DNA of 63,011 nt, filler included, from Octopus bimaculoides (lineage: Eukaryota): the NCBI RefSeq assembly GCF_001194135.2. It is 4 parts of 4 records of this genome, joined end to end, with 100 filler letters (N's around TTAATTAATTAA, not from the genome) between each part and the next. Parts side by side here need not be neighbours in the genome. Positions count along the whole stretch, not along the records: positions 1 to 30,475 come from NC_068989.1; 3 more parts are not named here. One strand, 5' to 3'. The notes below the pieces were generated by a model. That model saw nothing but the letters and a program-made list of their open reading frames with translations, did no database searches and was not told the DNA's origin. The first letter of the stretch is position 1, and every line of letters starts with the position of its first letter. Below, in pieces: positions 13,094 through 26,498 of the stretch. A program made the position numbers and the translations under genes.

Positions 13094-13814
13094 AATAGGC
13101 TGAAACAAATATTCAAATTCTTATACAATTACGTTACTCAACCTTCATTATTACTGTGGCTTATTCTAACTCTGTTTAGAAACGGACTAAGATGATACTT
13201 AGGTTTTGCATTGACACAAAATTTCTATTTTATCGTGTAACATCTCTTTAGATAAGACAAATATACAAGAAATTTGAAGAGGACAATTATAACAAGTTGT
13301 ACAATAACATGCACCAATTTACAACAAAACACATATCAGCTGCTCATAAAGAAAAACGCTCAATTGATTCAAACAATTATGTTTTTTCATTGATTACTTC
13401 ACTTGAGTTCTCTGAACAGAAATATTATTGATTAGACCCTCGACGAGCATGAATGAGCGGAGCTATAAGCAAATGATTCCCACTCGTAACCAAGTCACCG
13501 TTGTTGGTTTTATTGGAGACTATTGCACAATATGTCACTCCATTTCTAATAGAGTAAAAGTGCGATCTGAATGAAATAATTTGACTGACCGGTGAGCGAT
13601 GAAAACGTAAATTCGTTATTTCTGTTTAAATCCCACTTTATTGATATACAATATTTATTCGAAAAAAAGTATATTTTTGCAAAAGTTGAAAAAATACATT
13701 AGAAATTAACATAGAGGTATTGCTTATGGGAAATATATTTCGTCCGTAGAATTATTTCGTACTTTCCATAAAATTTTAATCAGATGACAGTGTCCTTACA
13801 ATATTGATTTCACA

Positions 13815-14017
13815 TTTTGGCACAAGGACAACAATTTCGTGGGAGTAGCTATGTCGATTACATCAACCCCAATACCCAACTGATGATTATTTTATCGACC
13901 CGAAAGCATAAAAGGCAAAGTCAACATCTGTGGAATATGAACTGAGAAAGTGAAGACGGACGAAATGCTCTTAAGCATTCTGCCGGATGTGCGAGCGCAT
14001 CTGCCAGCTCTCCGCCC
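13815..14017 (-). mobile_element. SINE family B
   Basis: Reverse of gagctggcaga...atgcttaagagcatttcgtcc...ctttgccttttatgctttcgggtcgataaaat. Confidence 0.82.
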
Positions 14018-14149
14018 TTTTTCTCCCACAAATATCAAAAGTGTATTTTGGTTGCGATTTTTCACGCATCATACAAATATGGCTGTGTTAGGAATACATA
14101 TTTAAAGTTATATGGAACTATTCGAAAATACATAGTTTCTGGTCATACT

Positions 14150-14644
14150 ATTTTCTGTCAGATTCTCTTGCTATAACCAGAAATCATTGTGAAACAAAAG
14201 TAGCAATCGTTTACATGGTTCTTTGGCTCCCACCATATAAAAAGGAATGTCAAATATTTGTTGCTTCCTTGTGCCCTTTGTCCATTGGCGTAGATTTTCG
14301 ACATAGGGTTGACATATATTGTACGGGCGCACGGTTTATCCTGATCACCAACTTTAATCTTAAAGTAAGCTAAGTAGGATCTTTTCACAATGTCACTAGC
14401 GTTCATTCTTTGAATTGGTACTGTAAAGCACCCACATATATAATAAAAAGAGTCAGAGGAATTCAAACATTTCAAACATGGAGCTACGGGTGGGACCAAT
14501 ACACGCCAGCCCATAGAAAAAATAAACTAGACGTGATAGAAAAAAAGTCATATTGACGTTTTAAAACTCAGTAACATCGAATTATCACAAAACAGATCTC
14601 AAACTTAGGGCAGCAGAAACAAATTTAGAATTTGTTGGCCAGTG
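14150..14644 (-). mobile_element. DNA transposon 5' remnant with N-terminal Cys-rich transposase region (Sola-like, family uncertain)
   Basis: ORF 14158-14514: CLNSSDSFYYICG...AYFKIKVGDQDK...WWEPKNHVNDCYFC; minus-strand terminus CACTGGCCAACAAA at 14644. Family name is from memory only. Confidence 0.6.
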
Positions 14645-15422
14645 TTATACTATATTATATTATATTTTCTTCACAATATAATTATATTATAATGTTAATA
14701 ATATTATAATATGTCAATTCTATTTCTCTATTTCCTTTAATATTTATATATTGAAATTATACCATTTTAAGTTCGGATTTTTTTTTTTTTCAACTATATT
14801 GTGGTATTTCACTAAAGAACCAGTTAAAATTGGATGTTTTCCATTCCTTTGAAAGAAATTGTATTTTCCTTGGATTGAATAATGATAATAATAATAATCC
14901 TAATACTACTACTACTATTAATAATAATAATGACAACAACAACAATAACAATATATACAATAACATACATACAAACATACATACATACAAACATACTTAC
15001 ATACATAATACACACATACATACATACATACATAACTATATACATACAAAAGGATACATTTTGTGATTTACTCATAAAAAATACAATCTATAAGACACAC
15101 CAGAAGCATATTACGGATATTTCAGCATTTTTAAGATATATCAGCGTCTTCAACTATAGTAAAATGTTTTCGTTCTTTCTTAACTATCGCCTGAAGATGT
15201 TCCAAACGCAATTTTAACTATAAAACATTCATTTGCTTGAACAGGTACATATATATTACGAATTGCAAAAGTAATTATATATGTATGTGTAAAACAACTT
15301 TAATGATTTCGCGATATTAGCGTTGTATATCATCATATAAATATATATTATCTGGTGTCATTTTACAGTATTCAAATCATTGATAAATAAAATTACTCTT
15401 GAATAAATCTCCATTTCTGTTG

Positions 15423-15455
<33 letters not shown>

Positions 15456-15530
15456 GGGAGAATATACAAATAATAACAACAGACGAGGACAGGTGGTGTA
15501 AATAACAAAAGTATATATTAGTATATATTA

Positions 15531-15578
<48 letters not shown>

Positions 15579-16055
15579 ATGTGTGTGTGTGTGTGTGTGT
15601 GTGCGTGCGTGCGTGTGTGTGTGCATGAGTGTGCGTGCGTATGTGTGTGTGTGTTTGTGTGTGTACGTATATGTGCATGGCTGTATGTGCGTGTATACAT
15701 AAATATGTATATATATGCATATATGTGCATACTTATATATATGTACATACATACATATGTATACATATACATGTACATAGATATGTAAATCTAAGTATAT
15801 ATATATATATATACATACAGATATATATATATAGGGAGAGAGGCGGGGATAGGTGCGCATAGTAGATATTTTATCGCTGAGATGTAGATAACGTCAACAG
15901 GTAGTCAGTGCTACTAATTAATGTCTTTGTGATTTAATGACCCGAAAAAATTGGACCTGAAATATATTTGTGTATCTGTCTAGTAATCTTTCAATATAAG
16001 TGTGCATAGCTATAAACCTATGCAATGTGCTTCTATACATATTAAAATTTATATA

Positions 16056-16093
<38 letters not shown>

Positions 16094-16399
16094 TACAAAT
16101 ATATATTTCCCTACGTACATTTATACAAATGACCATATAAACATACAGAGACATGTATACAATCAGAACCTCAAACACCTACATATAGATACGCGTATGT
16201 ATATTTGTGTGCGTAAGTATATGGAGGGGGTGAGAGCTGATGGCATGTGTGTGGAATAGAAAGTTTATTTGTTCAGAAACCTCTTTTTCATTTCGAAATA
16301 TTTCTTACTATTCCAAAAGCTATTTAAATAGCTGTAGAAATAAATTTAAACTGAACTCACGCAGCCTCTAACATACTTTCAATAGACAGCAATGTGTGT

Positions 16400-16416
16400 C
16401 TATATCTATCTATCTA

Positions 16417-16487
<71 letters not shown>

Positions 16488-16506
16488 ACATACATACATA
16501 CATACA

Positions 16507-16560
<54 letters not shown>
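16400..16560. repeat. Compound (TCTA)n(TACA)n(TA)n microsatellite
   Basis: Directly visible; explains the overlapping YLSI/HTYI ORFs. Confidence 0.95.
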
Positions 16561-16818
16561 CACACACACAATGGTTTTCATAGAATCTCGGAAGCATCAG
16601 TTAATTTCTACTATCAACAATTTGCTAACTTCTAATAGGCAAAAAATATATATAATGTATCATTAGTATTATTCAGATTCCAATAATTCTATTAGATACA
16701 TTACAATGTATATTAAATACGAGCACACACACACACACAAAATCACGCACACACAGACACACATACACATGTATGTATGTATATGTATATCAATCTATGT
16801 ATATATACATATATCCAC

Positions 16819-16854
<36 letters not shown>

Positions 16855-18289
16855 ATATATTGATATATAAATATTGTCATCGTGTCTTATAGCTCTTAAA
16901 TTTCCCCTGAGAAATATAATGCAACTTAAAAATACTTGAAATTATTTTTCATAGAAATTCCGATATACTAAGAAAATTAAAATTGATAAGACCTCCTGGT
17001 AACAATTTAGAGAAAGATCCCTTAACAAACGAAAGAATTACAAGCTTTGCTCATAGCACACAGACACATTACGTTTAAACGCGCTCACACAAACAGTCAT
17101 ATACGCAACCATATATCTTCCCTGTATTTGTGTGTATAATGTTTTGTGCATTNNNNNNNNNNNNNNNNTATATATATATATATAATTACAACTTCTCCAA
17201 AGCAACGAAAGAAAATTGATATTAATGTTTACGATAGGTAATTTCTTGTCCTTGTCAACTCCTGTGTAAATATGAATAAAAGTATATCTACGTCAATTAC
17301 AGTTATTGTTGATAATTTTCGGGTCGTTTTTGTAGTTATACATGAGATTGTTGTTACTGTCAAGCAAACTTTGATCGGAAAGACCTATTATCAAATTCGT
17401 TCCAACTATGGCCACCTTGTCTCGTAACTTCAGATTCATTTTGGATAGTATTTCTTGCAGTATGACTGGGCTTCTAAATGCAGCTTTCTGTGAATCAACT
17501 GTAACAGCGTTTGTAATCGATTTTACTGTTTAGTGTTGTTATATTTGTTTTATTGTTATTTTGCTATTGATATTTGCAGTAGCGACATGGCGCTATCTTT
17601 AAGTTTTATCCAGACGAGAAGATCGTATACTACTGACATATGTCCTATCTTCCATGAGCGCACAATTTCTGATGGGGTTCTTACAGTGCTGCCGTTGTGG
17701 AATGCAATGTGTATTAGGAGTGTAAACCTACTACGACCAAATCTGCATTTGGTCTAATCAGAGCGAGAGAGAGAGTACTAATGAGAGAAAGGACTAATGA
17801 GAGAGAGAGGACTAATGAGAGAGAGAGAGAGAGAGACAAAGAGAGAGACAGAAAGTGACAGAGAGAGAGAGAGAGAGAAAGTAAGAGAGAAAGAGAAAGT
17901 GAGAGAGAGACAGAGAGAGAGAGAGTGAAAGTGAGAGAGAGAGTGTGTAAGAGAGAGAGAGAGAGAGAGAGATTGAAAGACAGAGTGAGTGAGGGGTGCG
18001 GGAGAAATAAGAATAAAAAGAATTGGAAGAAGTAAAAGAAGAATTGAAAGAAAGTAATGAAGAAGAAAAGGAGGACGATCAAAATAAGATAAGACGACGA
18101 AGAAGAAGAAGAAGTTAATCAAGTCGACTAGTTTTCTATTTATCAATTTCGGAATAATAAAAGATAATACTGACTACTGCAGAATTCGAACTCAGATTAC
18201 AGAGAGCCGCCCCAATAACTGCAGGGCATTTTACGCGACGTCCTAATGACTTAATTCAGGGACTTAATGATGTATGTAGGTGATTTTGA

Positions 18290-18560
18290 ATGATTTATAA
18301 ACGAGCCATAGAACAAATTCTAAAAGGTGTTATAGAATTGGCGAACGATAACAGCCAATTATTCTTAATTACAAATCATATACCTGGCAGGATATTTTGT
18401 TTTCGTGTCTGATCATCTTGACGGTTATAAAGCAAAGCCGAATATGTGTGTTAGATACAATATTCGAAAGAAAATGAAACAGACCACATATTTAGGTGAA
18501 AGATTTGATGTTATTTATGTAAAAGATTGCAATGCAAGATGCATTCATGAACTTTAGAGA
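18290..18560 (+). mobile_element. Possible highly decayed non-LTR RT fragment
   Basis: IYKRAIEQILKG... and GYKAKPNMC...TTYLGERFD loosely resemble RT palm/thumb motifs; weak. Confidence 0.25.
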
Positions 18561-18664
18561 CTTTTTTTAGAAGAGATTTTTATTAATTTCAAAGAAATAC
18601 AAAATTTTAATCAACTTTAAATTAGAGTACTCTGACTTCAGTGCATCTGTTATAGCGTCCAGCG

Positions 18665-18965
18665 TCACTTCGTGAAGACTCCCAAGGAGGTCCTCCAAAG
18701 TAAAGTTGTTCAGGTCCCTTGTCACGGCCCCTTTCAACTTTTTCTTTAGCTTGAGGTTAATAACCAAAAAGTCACAAAGGAACAAGTTCTGGCCTGTAGG
18801 GAGGCTGAGTGACAGTGTTGACTCCTATCTCTGTCAGGTAGTTGGTAACCAGGATGAAATTGTGGAATGGTGGATTGTCCTAATCCAAGTGCTCTGTCCT
18901 TTTGCTACGAAACCCGTACCAGAACTTCTACAAAACTGTGACAGGAAAGGTTTAGTGCGTTCAAA
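18665..18965 (-). mobile_element. Mariner transposase remnant
   Basis: Minus strand: DNPPFHNFILVTNYLTEIGVNTVTQPPYRPELVP-CDF...LKKKLKGAVTRDLNNFTLEDL (HDNAP and PPYSPDLAPCDF-like). Confidence 0.82.
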
Positions 18966-19492
18966 GATCTGTTACAGTTGTATACTTCGATCTGGAGTAA
19001 CAAGAATCAGCAGTTCAGCTTATCAGATGTATTGTAATGATATACTAAAATTACAATGATCTGGGGCAGTTTATAATTGCCTCTCCTAAAAATATCTCAA
19101 AACTGGTGAAATGCACTTCGTGTGTATGCTACATATATGAGGAGAAATGAAGGAACTAGAATCAAAATGAATCCCAATGATGAAGCTTGTCATTAGAATA
19201 AGTGCACCGATGATGAATATGAAGATATGGAGCAGATATACTAAGGGTTTTGCTGAAATCTGACATTCTGTTTCCGAGATTTCGAATTCGTTAAGTTTGT
19301 GTCGTTGTATGCGTCATCGAGTAATTTTGGTTTGGAAGAAGTATAAAAGATCAGCGGCTATATGTGATGTGAAAGTTAGTTTGATTCTTATTAGTATAAA
19401 TTTCACAGAGAATAGAACCAATGATGATAATGACTTTCAGATTACGTGATCAGAGGCATATGTATAAAACAAGTACCAAACAAGAAAGTTAA

Positions 19493-19527
<35 letters not shown>

Positions 19528-19559
19528 CATAATAATAATGATAACTCACACCCAACCTT

Positions 19560-19760
19560 CTTACTGGTGATGAGGAATAAGCATCCCACTGTTGTACATC
19601 CATTAATGTTATATCGCCTGAGGAAATGAATCCATGAATATGAAAAACCCGATGCCTACAACTCCGGACTGCACTGTAATCATCCCAGGAATACGGACTG
19701 TGATCTTAAGAGACATGAGACATGTTGAAACGCGCATAACGATGCATTAAATATCTATAA
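19560..19760 (+). mobile_element. Penelope-like 3' end with hammerhead-like relic
   Basis: VISPEEMN resembles the PLE C-terminal P-x-G-M-N; downstream CTTAAGA-GACATG-AGA-CATGTT-GAAAC-GCGC-ATA. Confidence 0.5.
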
Positions 19761-19904
19761 AGTCCATCCAAGGATTTTTGTTATTATTATTATATTAAAC
19801 CTACATTATATCGGTACAACTCGATGCAATCCGCAAAAACTAGTTCACTAGTCAGCATCATTAGACTGTAGCCGTCATAATGGAATAGGAGGTTTATATG
19901 CATG

Positions 19905-20275
19905 CTCAAAATAAGATTTATTTGAGGCTGATGAACAAAACACCTACGTTTCTTAAGGTGTGTTATTCAAACCCCAAAGAATTCCCATCAACGCATGTCT
20001 ATGATGCTCCCCCACTACTTCTGCTCATGATCAGAGATGCACATATCTTCAGCCACAAAGGAACATGTACAACTGGTTATGGTAAAGCAACTGACAAGCA
20101 AATCTGTGGCATTGAGCAGAATATTTGCTTTAGCTCATCTTTTATACCACGACAGAACAATGTACATGACAACACTTTCAGTCAGTTAAGATCAGAAGCC
20201 ATGGAATTTAAGTCAGTTAAGATGAGAAGCCACAACCTGGAACTGCATCAGGATATTATTATTATTATTATTTAT

Positions 20276-20313
<38 letters not shown>

Positions 20314-20328
20314 AATCATCATCATCAT

Positions 20329-20367
<39 letters not shown>

Positions 20368-20400
20368 AATCATCATCATCATCATCATCATATATCTATG
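19905..20400. mobile_element. Same non-autonomous repeat, copy 2, with (ATT)/(CAT)n tract
   Basis: Direct similarity to 10285-10600; ORF 19898-20419 is read-through of this repeat into the microsatellite. Confidence 0.8.
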
Positions 20401-20811
20401 TGGGTGGTTGTGTGTATAACTTGATTTTGTGTTTTTTGGAACTTCTACTTATTACATACGTATAACCACCATATGTTGATGATCTCTATGTCATTCACCT
20501 TTTCAGCATTTATTAACATTCAACAGTTATCAGCAGGTATGAGCATTATTACTTACCCTTTGTGTTATTATGCAAGCCATGCGATAGTATTTCTACAAAG
20601 TTAGTTTTATATTTTATTTAATTTTTCTTCTCATTATTCATGCTAAAGAGAAAATATTGTATGATAACGAATAAATATTGCATAAAGGTTTTCAAACCTG
20701 CATTGTTAATTAGCTTTTATTAACTTTCAGTTGCATGTGTATATATATCATATATATTACATACTATTCACCAGAATGTATGTATGTATGTGTGTATGTA
20801 TATTTGTATGT

Positions 20812-20846
<35 letters not shown>

Positions 20847-20864
20847 AATATATGTGTGTGTTTT

Positions 20865-21580
20865 GAGATTGTTTGTCCTTTACCACCACTTCACAACCGG
20901 CTTTGATTTAGTAACATCCACATAACTTAGCGGCTCTAGAAAAGGAGCGATAGAATATGTACCAGGCCCTTTTCAGAAATGAAGAACTCAAGTCGATTTG
21001 TTTGACCCAAACCCTTCAAAGCGATGCCCCAGCCTGACCGCAGTCTAATGACTGAAGCCATTAAACAAATAAATATAAAAATGATTGTCAGGTGTTGGCA
21101 AATAGGCTAAAATAGCACTAGTTACATAATGCTGATATCTAAAGCTAGTGACCATTCACCATAAAAATTATAGCTTTAATTTACCCCCAAAGAAATGAAT
21201 TTGTACAAGATCTATAGATGCAGACACACTTTTCTTTCTTTCTCTTTGATCTTCTATCTCTCCCTCCTCCCTCTCTCGTTCTGTCTGTCTCTCTCTATGT
21301 ATATACACATGCATACACACATACAGAAATACGTACATACTTACATACATACATACGTATATCTTTTAATATTTTACATGTTTCAGTAATTGAACTGCAA
21401 CCATGAGGGGCCAATATGTTGAAAGTGTTTTACTCAATCGTGTTAACCCTAGCACGTACTTGTTAAGGCTTGGTGATTCATTTATCGCACGTTTCTGCCG
21501 AACCACTACGTTACTAAGGAAACCAACACCGGCTGTCAAGCAGTGATGGGGGTAAACGTAAGAACAAAGACATATACATA

Positions 21581-21628
<48 letters not shown>

Positions 21629-22520
21629 NNNNNNNNNNNNNNNNNNNNNNNNNNNNNNNNNNNNNNNNNNNNNNNNNNNNNNNNNNNNNNNNNNNNNNNN
21701 NNNNNNNNNNNNNNNNNNNNNNNNNNNNNNNNNNNNNNNNNNNNNNNNNNNNNNNNNNNNNNNNNNNNNNNNNNNNNNNNNNNNNNNNNNNNNNNNNNNN
21801 NNNNNNNNNNNNNNNNNNNNNNNNNNNNNNNNNNNNNNNNNNNNNNNNTATATATATATATATATATGCCTATACGCGCATGGCATGGCTGTGTGACAAA
21901 AAGCTTACTTCTGAACCATACGGTTCAGTCCCACTGCGTGAAACCTTGTCCACATGTGCTTTACCATAGCATCGGGCTGACCAAAGACTTGTGAGTATAT
22001 TTGCTGAACGGAAACTGAAAGACCGATGCAGGGTAGTAGTTCGAGTAAATGGTCTCCAGGCAAGCATCAAAATTACGCCCCAGCCGCCAACCAAAGAGCA
22101 GCGTATGCATTTTGTGAGGTCAAGAAAGAATACCTATTCCGTCTAGTGGCGTGGATGGTGATAAGCAAAACGAACCATGCCTAAAAAGGTTTTAAATTTG
22201 TTTATGGCTTAATTAGAAAATGATATTGGCCAAAATTGCGCGCCCCTCTCAAACGTGGTGCCCAGGGCATGTGTCCTGCTTTCTCCACCGTAGCTACGCC
22301 CTTGTATGTATGTATTTGTTTGTCGCTGTTTGTCCCCCACCCACCATCGCTTGATAACCTATGTTGGTGTGTTTACGTCCCTGTAAACTTGCGGTTCGGC
22401 CAAAGAGACGGATAAAATAAGTACCAGTCTTACAAAAAATAAACCCCGGGGTTAGGGTTAGTCGATTTGTTCGACTAAAAGCATTGCTCCAGTATGGCTG
22501 CAGTCAAATGACTGGAACAC
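20865..22520. mobile_element. Cluster of partial SINE A fragments (20865-21070 +, 21390-21575 -, 21876-22020 +, 22320-22520 +)
   Basis: Recognisable head or tail motifs of family A around an N gap. Confidence 0.7.
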
Positions 22521-25384
22521 ATAAAAGAATGAAAGAATATATATATGCATATATATACTATATTTATATATCCATGCATATATATACATACATATATATC
22601 TAAACTTCCGCCTGACACATTCATTTACATGTAGGTATATATTTTTGTTGTTTCAAGCTACTGCTATCTAGCACATTTGGATGATCTCTACTCAACCGCT
22701 ATACCACTGCTACTCGACTGCTACTCAACACTCCTACCACGGCCAGACAACCTCTATTTATGTGTCTTGGGAGGTCCTACTTCTTCGTCTGGGGGCGTCG
22801 ACACAACAAATTTTATGAACACTCACACACACACACACGTACATACCCATATCTTTTATTTCCTTTGCAATGCGTCTCAGTGTTGGAAAAGATAGTACAA
22901 CGAAATAGAAGCCTTGTGGTTATTTAGTTACGTCCCTGTATGTTTTATATTCAGTTTTCCCTGCGGACTAATTTACTTTTGATCCTTCAACGCGGAGTTG
23001 ATAAATTAAGAAACTGTCAACTCAATTCTTGGCCTCTTGCCTAGATTAGAAATTTTTTATTATTTTTGTATTCTAAGAGATTTCATTCAACTTTTAATAA
23101 CTTATATTTGCACTTTGAAACATAATCATGTTAATTACTGTCGGTAATTTCTATTTCGAAAGCGAATCACTTTAAGTAGAATAATGGCTGATATGTTTCA
23201 GAAAAAAGAAAAAAAAATGTAATAAAATAAAACTTTCTATTTCTGTCTGTTGATCGTGTTTATAAGAATCCATTCTTGTCAGAATGGCGTGATGTTGAAT
23301 CATTTCCAATAAATTGATGCTGATTTTTCACTACTATTTTGAATTTATATTCGAAGATATCGCCTTCACTCGACTTACAAATTAGACAGAACAATATTTT
23401 CCCTTGTTATTAATATCAACTAATAAAATCCAATAATTTAAATTGATTGGACATTATTGGAACATAAAATTTAATTCGATTAATTAATTACGTGAAGATT
23501 ATTTTAGCATATTTTGGAGTCAGTCGATATACCAGATACAAAAAATAGCATCTAACATTTGTTTGTGTTTTTGTGGAGATTTTGGTGGTGTAGTATTCCT
23601 TTTAGAATTTAGAACGCTTTAGAAAAAAAATATTTTAGAGGTTTAATATAGACACGCGAACATGATTCTAATTTATGCGTTAGTCGTTCGTTATAAAGAT
23701 CTTTTCTTATTTTTTATTCAATGCTGATGATTTCATATTTAGTGGACAGATTTTTAGTTTCAAGCCATAGATCGGCAGCAGAAAATAGACTATGTTGATA
23801 TAAATATTCTAAAATATTGATATTTAATTCTTTGCTGAAATGTGGCAATGATATAAAATGATAAAAATGTTACGTAGCATTTTAAGTGTATTAAACCACT
23901 TACGATCCTTTTCGCAGTTGTAAAATCTGTCTTAAATAGATCTTGGAAAGAAAACCAGGTTGCATGCATATTACTATCGCCCTCAACAACATTTTAAGCT
24001 TTAACATTCAATTAAACAATATTTTACCATTGAAGATAATTAGTGCATAATTATTAACAACATTTTCCATACATCTTTCAATGAAAATCATCTTGAATTA
24101 AATTAAATTAAAAATACTAAAGGGATTTAATAAAGTTAGAAAATAAAAGTTTCCCTATTACCATATTGATAGAGTAAGGCAGAATAATTGATTGATTAAT
24201 TTCAAAGGAACTTTAATAAATAATGAAAAAAAAAATATATTGGCAAGTTCGGAGTGCATTCTATCATAAAGGCTATTATATCAATCAGTGTGTTCGGTTG
24301 GTCAATTCTTTACGATAAATTCTCATTTTGATAGCATGTAATTGAAGTTTGGTTTGCTGCGGTGGCTGTCTATGAAATACCATAAAACACATGATAGAAA
24401 TATTGGGAAAAGTTGGATATTGGAAGAGCAAAAAAGGTAATTTACTAAGGGGTTAAAATTAACATCTTAATGGCGGAATTAATAAGCTTTTGAAAACCCA
24501 AAATGAGTTTTTCTCTGACTCTTTATCATTTACTTGCATGAAATCATTGCAGATTTACAACCTTTCTTTGCAACCTGCGTTTAAGATTTTAGCCAAGAAT
24601 GAGTAGTAATTATATTAAATAGTAAATGTTAGGTGAATACATAATTTACGATTATAGGAATTAACTAGCCATTAGTATTTCAAAGTTACTGCCAATCTAT
24701 AAGTTCACAGAAGTATTAAATTCCAACTCAAGCGTGAATACATTAATTATATGTCGAAAATATATTTAATTGCCATTTTAAAATCGTTCAGTCTGTAGGA
24801 CGGTTCTGCAACCTCGCAGGCTTTGGAAAGCAGGTGTAATCAACAAGCTAAGCGTTCGATTTGAATAGTTGCAATCAAAGGCTACAAGACAAAAAATAAA
24901 AGGTAGAGCTTCAAACGGGCCAATGTTTCTGGTAAGAACGTTTGAGAATTAATACAAGGCCTGAGAAATTATACAATATGGGTGAAGAGAAGAGAGTGAG
25001 AGTTAGTGATGCATGACGAGACAGTTACAGGAGCAGAAGTCATTTTAGACTCGGTAGAAAGTTCAGGGAGTTAGAGAGTGAAAAAGAAAAAGAAATAGAA
25101 AGAAAAAGAAAACAGGGAAGAGAACACATAGTCTAAAAGTACTAGCCTACTAGATTGATTCTTATTTGATGAAGTCGGAAAGGATGAAAGGCGAATTCTA
25201 CTTCGGTGGAATATGGAACGGAATGAATCGGAACAAATACCACAAATCAATGAATCAACGTCAACAATGTGTGAGGATTTTTATAAAAGGTGGGGAGAGC
25301 GAAATGGAAAAAACAGTGCAAAACGATAAAATTATACATAATATACAAATTGTGTGACAGCATGAATGGTACAGTCTTCCTGAT

Positions 25385-26195
25385 ACAGGATAAACTCCGG
25401 ATAGGTCCAATCAAGGAACCCCTCAAATCCAGGATTACCCTGATCTCTAAAGGTAAAAGACCTCTCCCAACTGTTGCCCTCCTATCTGTAGGCGCATGCT
25501 TAGAATAGTTCGATTCATTCCAACCATTTTGCCACAGTCACTCATCGTTTTACAAATTCACGATGATGTAGCACTTTGCTTTCCACTTTCACTTTCCTTT
25601 CCACTTTCACTTTCCTTTCCACTTTCACTTTCCTTTCCAAGTAACATTTATAAGAGTCGATGAAAGCTTGACTGTACTGGAAGAACGAGTCTTCCTTCAA
25701 TCCTTGCAGCCTGGTCCACCACATATCTTTCGCCATAGCCACTAGCCACAGGAACATCGCCTGTCCTGCCTTGTTAAAGGTGAGTGGTGGGATGATCTTC
25801 AAGATCGTTTCAGCCAATAGTCAGATTCGTTGCACACGCGGTAACAGCTGTTCAAAATAACTCGACATGTCATTATTGCTCATACACTGTCTGAGTGCAT
25901 GCTGAACGGTTTCGTCGCTATACGTTCATCTCGGACAATCGCTCCTGAGATTGCTTCCGTGCCTGTAGAGTTTATGCAGAACTAGCCGTGCTCCTCGGTA
26001 ATACTGTCAGGCCAGGGATTTTTTGAAGTTATTCAGGGTAGCTCCGGGCCTGAAAGTCCTCCGAAATAGACTAGCTGGTTCATCTTTGTCGATATCTAGT
26101 GAGTCCTCGAGAATGTTATCACTCTCACCCACCACTAGATTTCTATATATTGGTACCGTAGAATGTCCATCGACTGTATTGCTGGAATTGTAGAA
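25385..26195 (-). mobile_element. Tx1/L1-clade LINE ORF2 C-terminal remnant
   Basis: One minus-strand frame with stops: LNNFKKSLA*QYYRGARLVLHKLYRHG...DCPR*TYSDETVQHALRQC (zinc-knuckle region)...KDMWWTRLQGL...ERKVKVE. Confidence 0.82.
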
Positions 26196-26251
26196 AAGAG
26201 TGAACCTCTAATAATAATGATATTAATGATCCTTTCTACTATAGGCACATT

Positions 26252-26498
26252 GGAGGTGCAATGGCCCAGTGGTTAGGGCAGCGGATTCGCGGTCATAGGA
26301 TCGCAGGCGTTGTGAGTGTTTATTGAGCGAAAACACCTAAAAGCTCCACAAGGCTCCGGCAGGGGATGGTGGCGAACCCTGCTGTACTCTTTCACCACAA
26401 CTTTCTCTCACTCGTTCTTCCTGTTTCTGTTGTGCCTGTAATTCAAAGGGTCAGCCTTGTCACATTGTGTCACGCTGAATATCCCCGAGAACTACGTT
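26252..26498 (+). mobile_element. tRNA-headed SINE family C, apparently inserted into a family B copy
   Basis: ggaggtgcaatggcccagtggttagggcagcgg...; B tail at 26226-26250 and B head at 27037-27112 flank it across an N gap. Confidence 0.75.

Noticed and set aside
17296-17529. 78 stop-free codons on the minus strand (...KAAFRSPVILQEILSKMNLKLRDKVAIVG...)
   Set aside because: No recognisable motif; stop-free runs of this length are expected several times by chance across six frames of this much sequence.
17735-17754. Small hairpins (gaccaaat-ctgc-atttggtc here; accccaaata/tatttggggt at 44650-44692)
   Set aside because: Stems of 8-10 bp are expected by chance in AT-rich DNA; no Helitron CTAG end or other supporting context.
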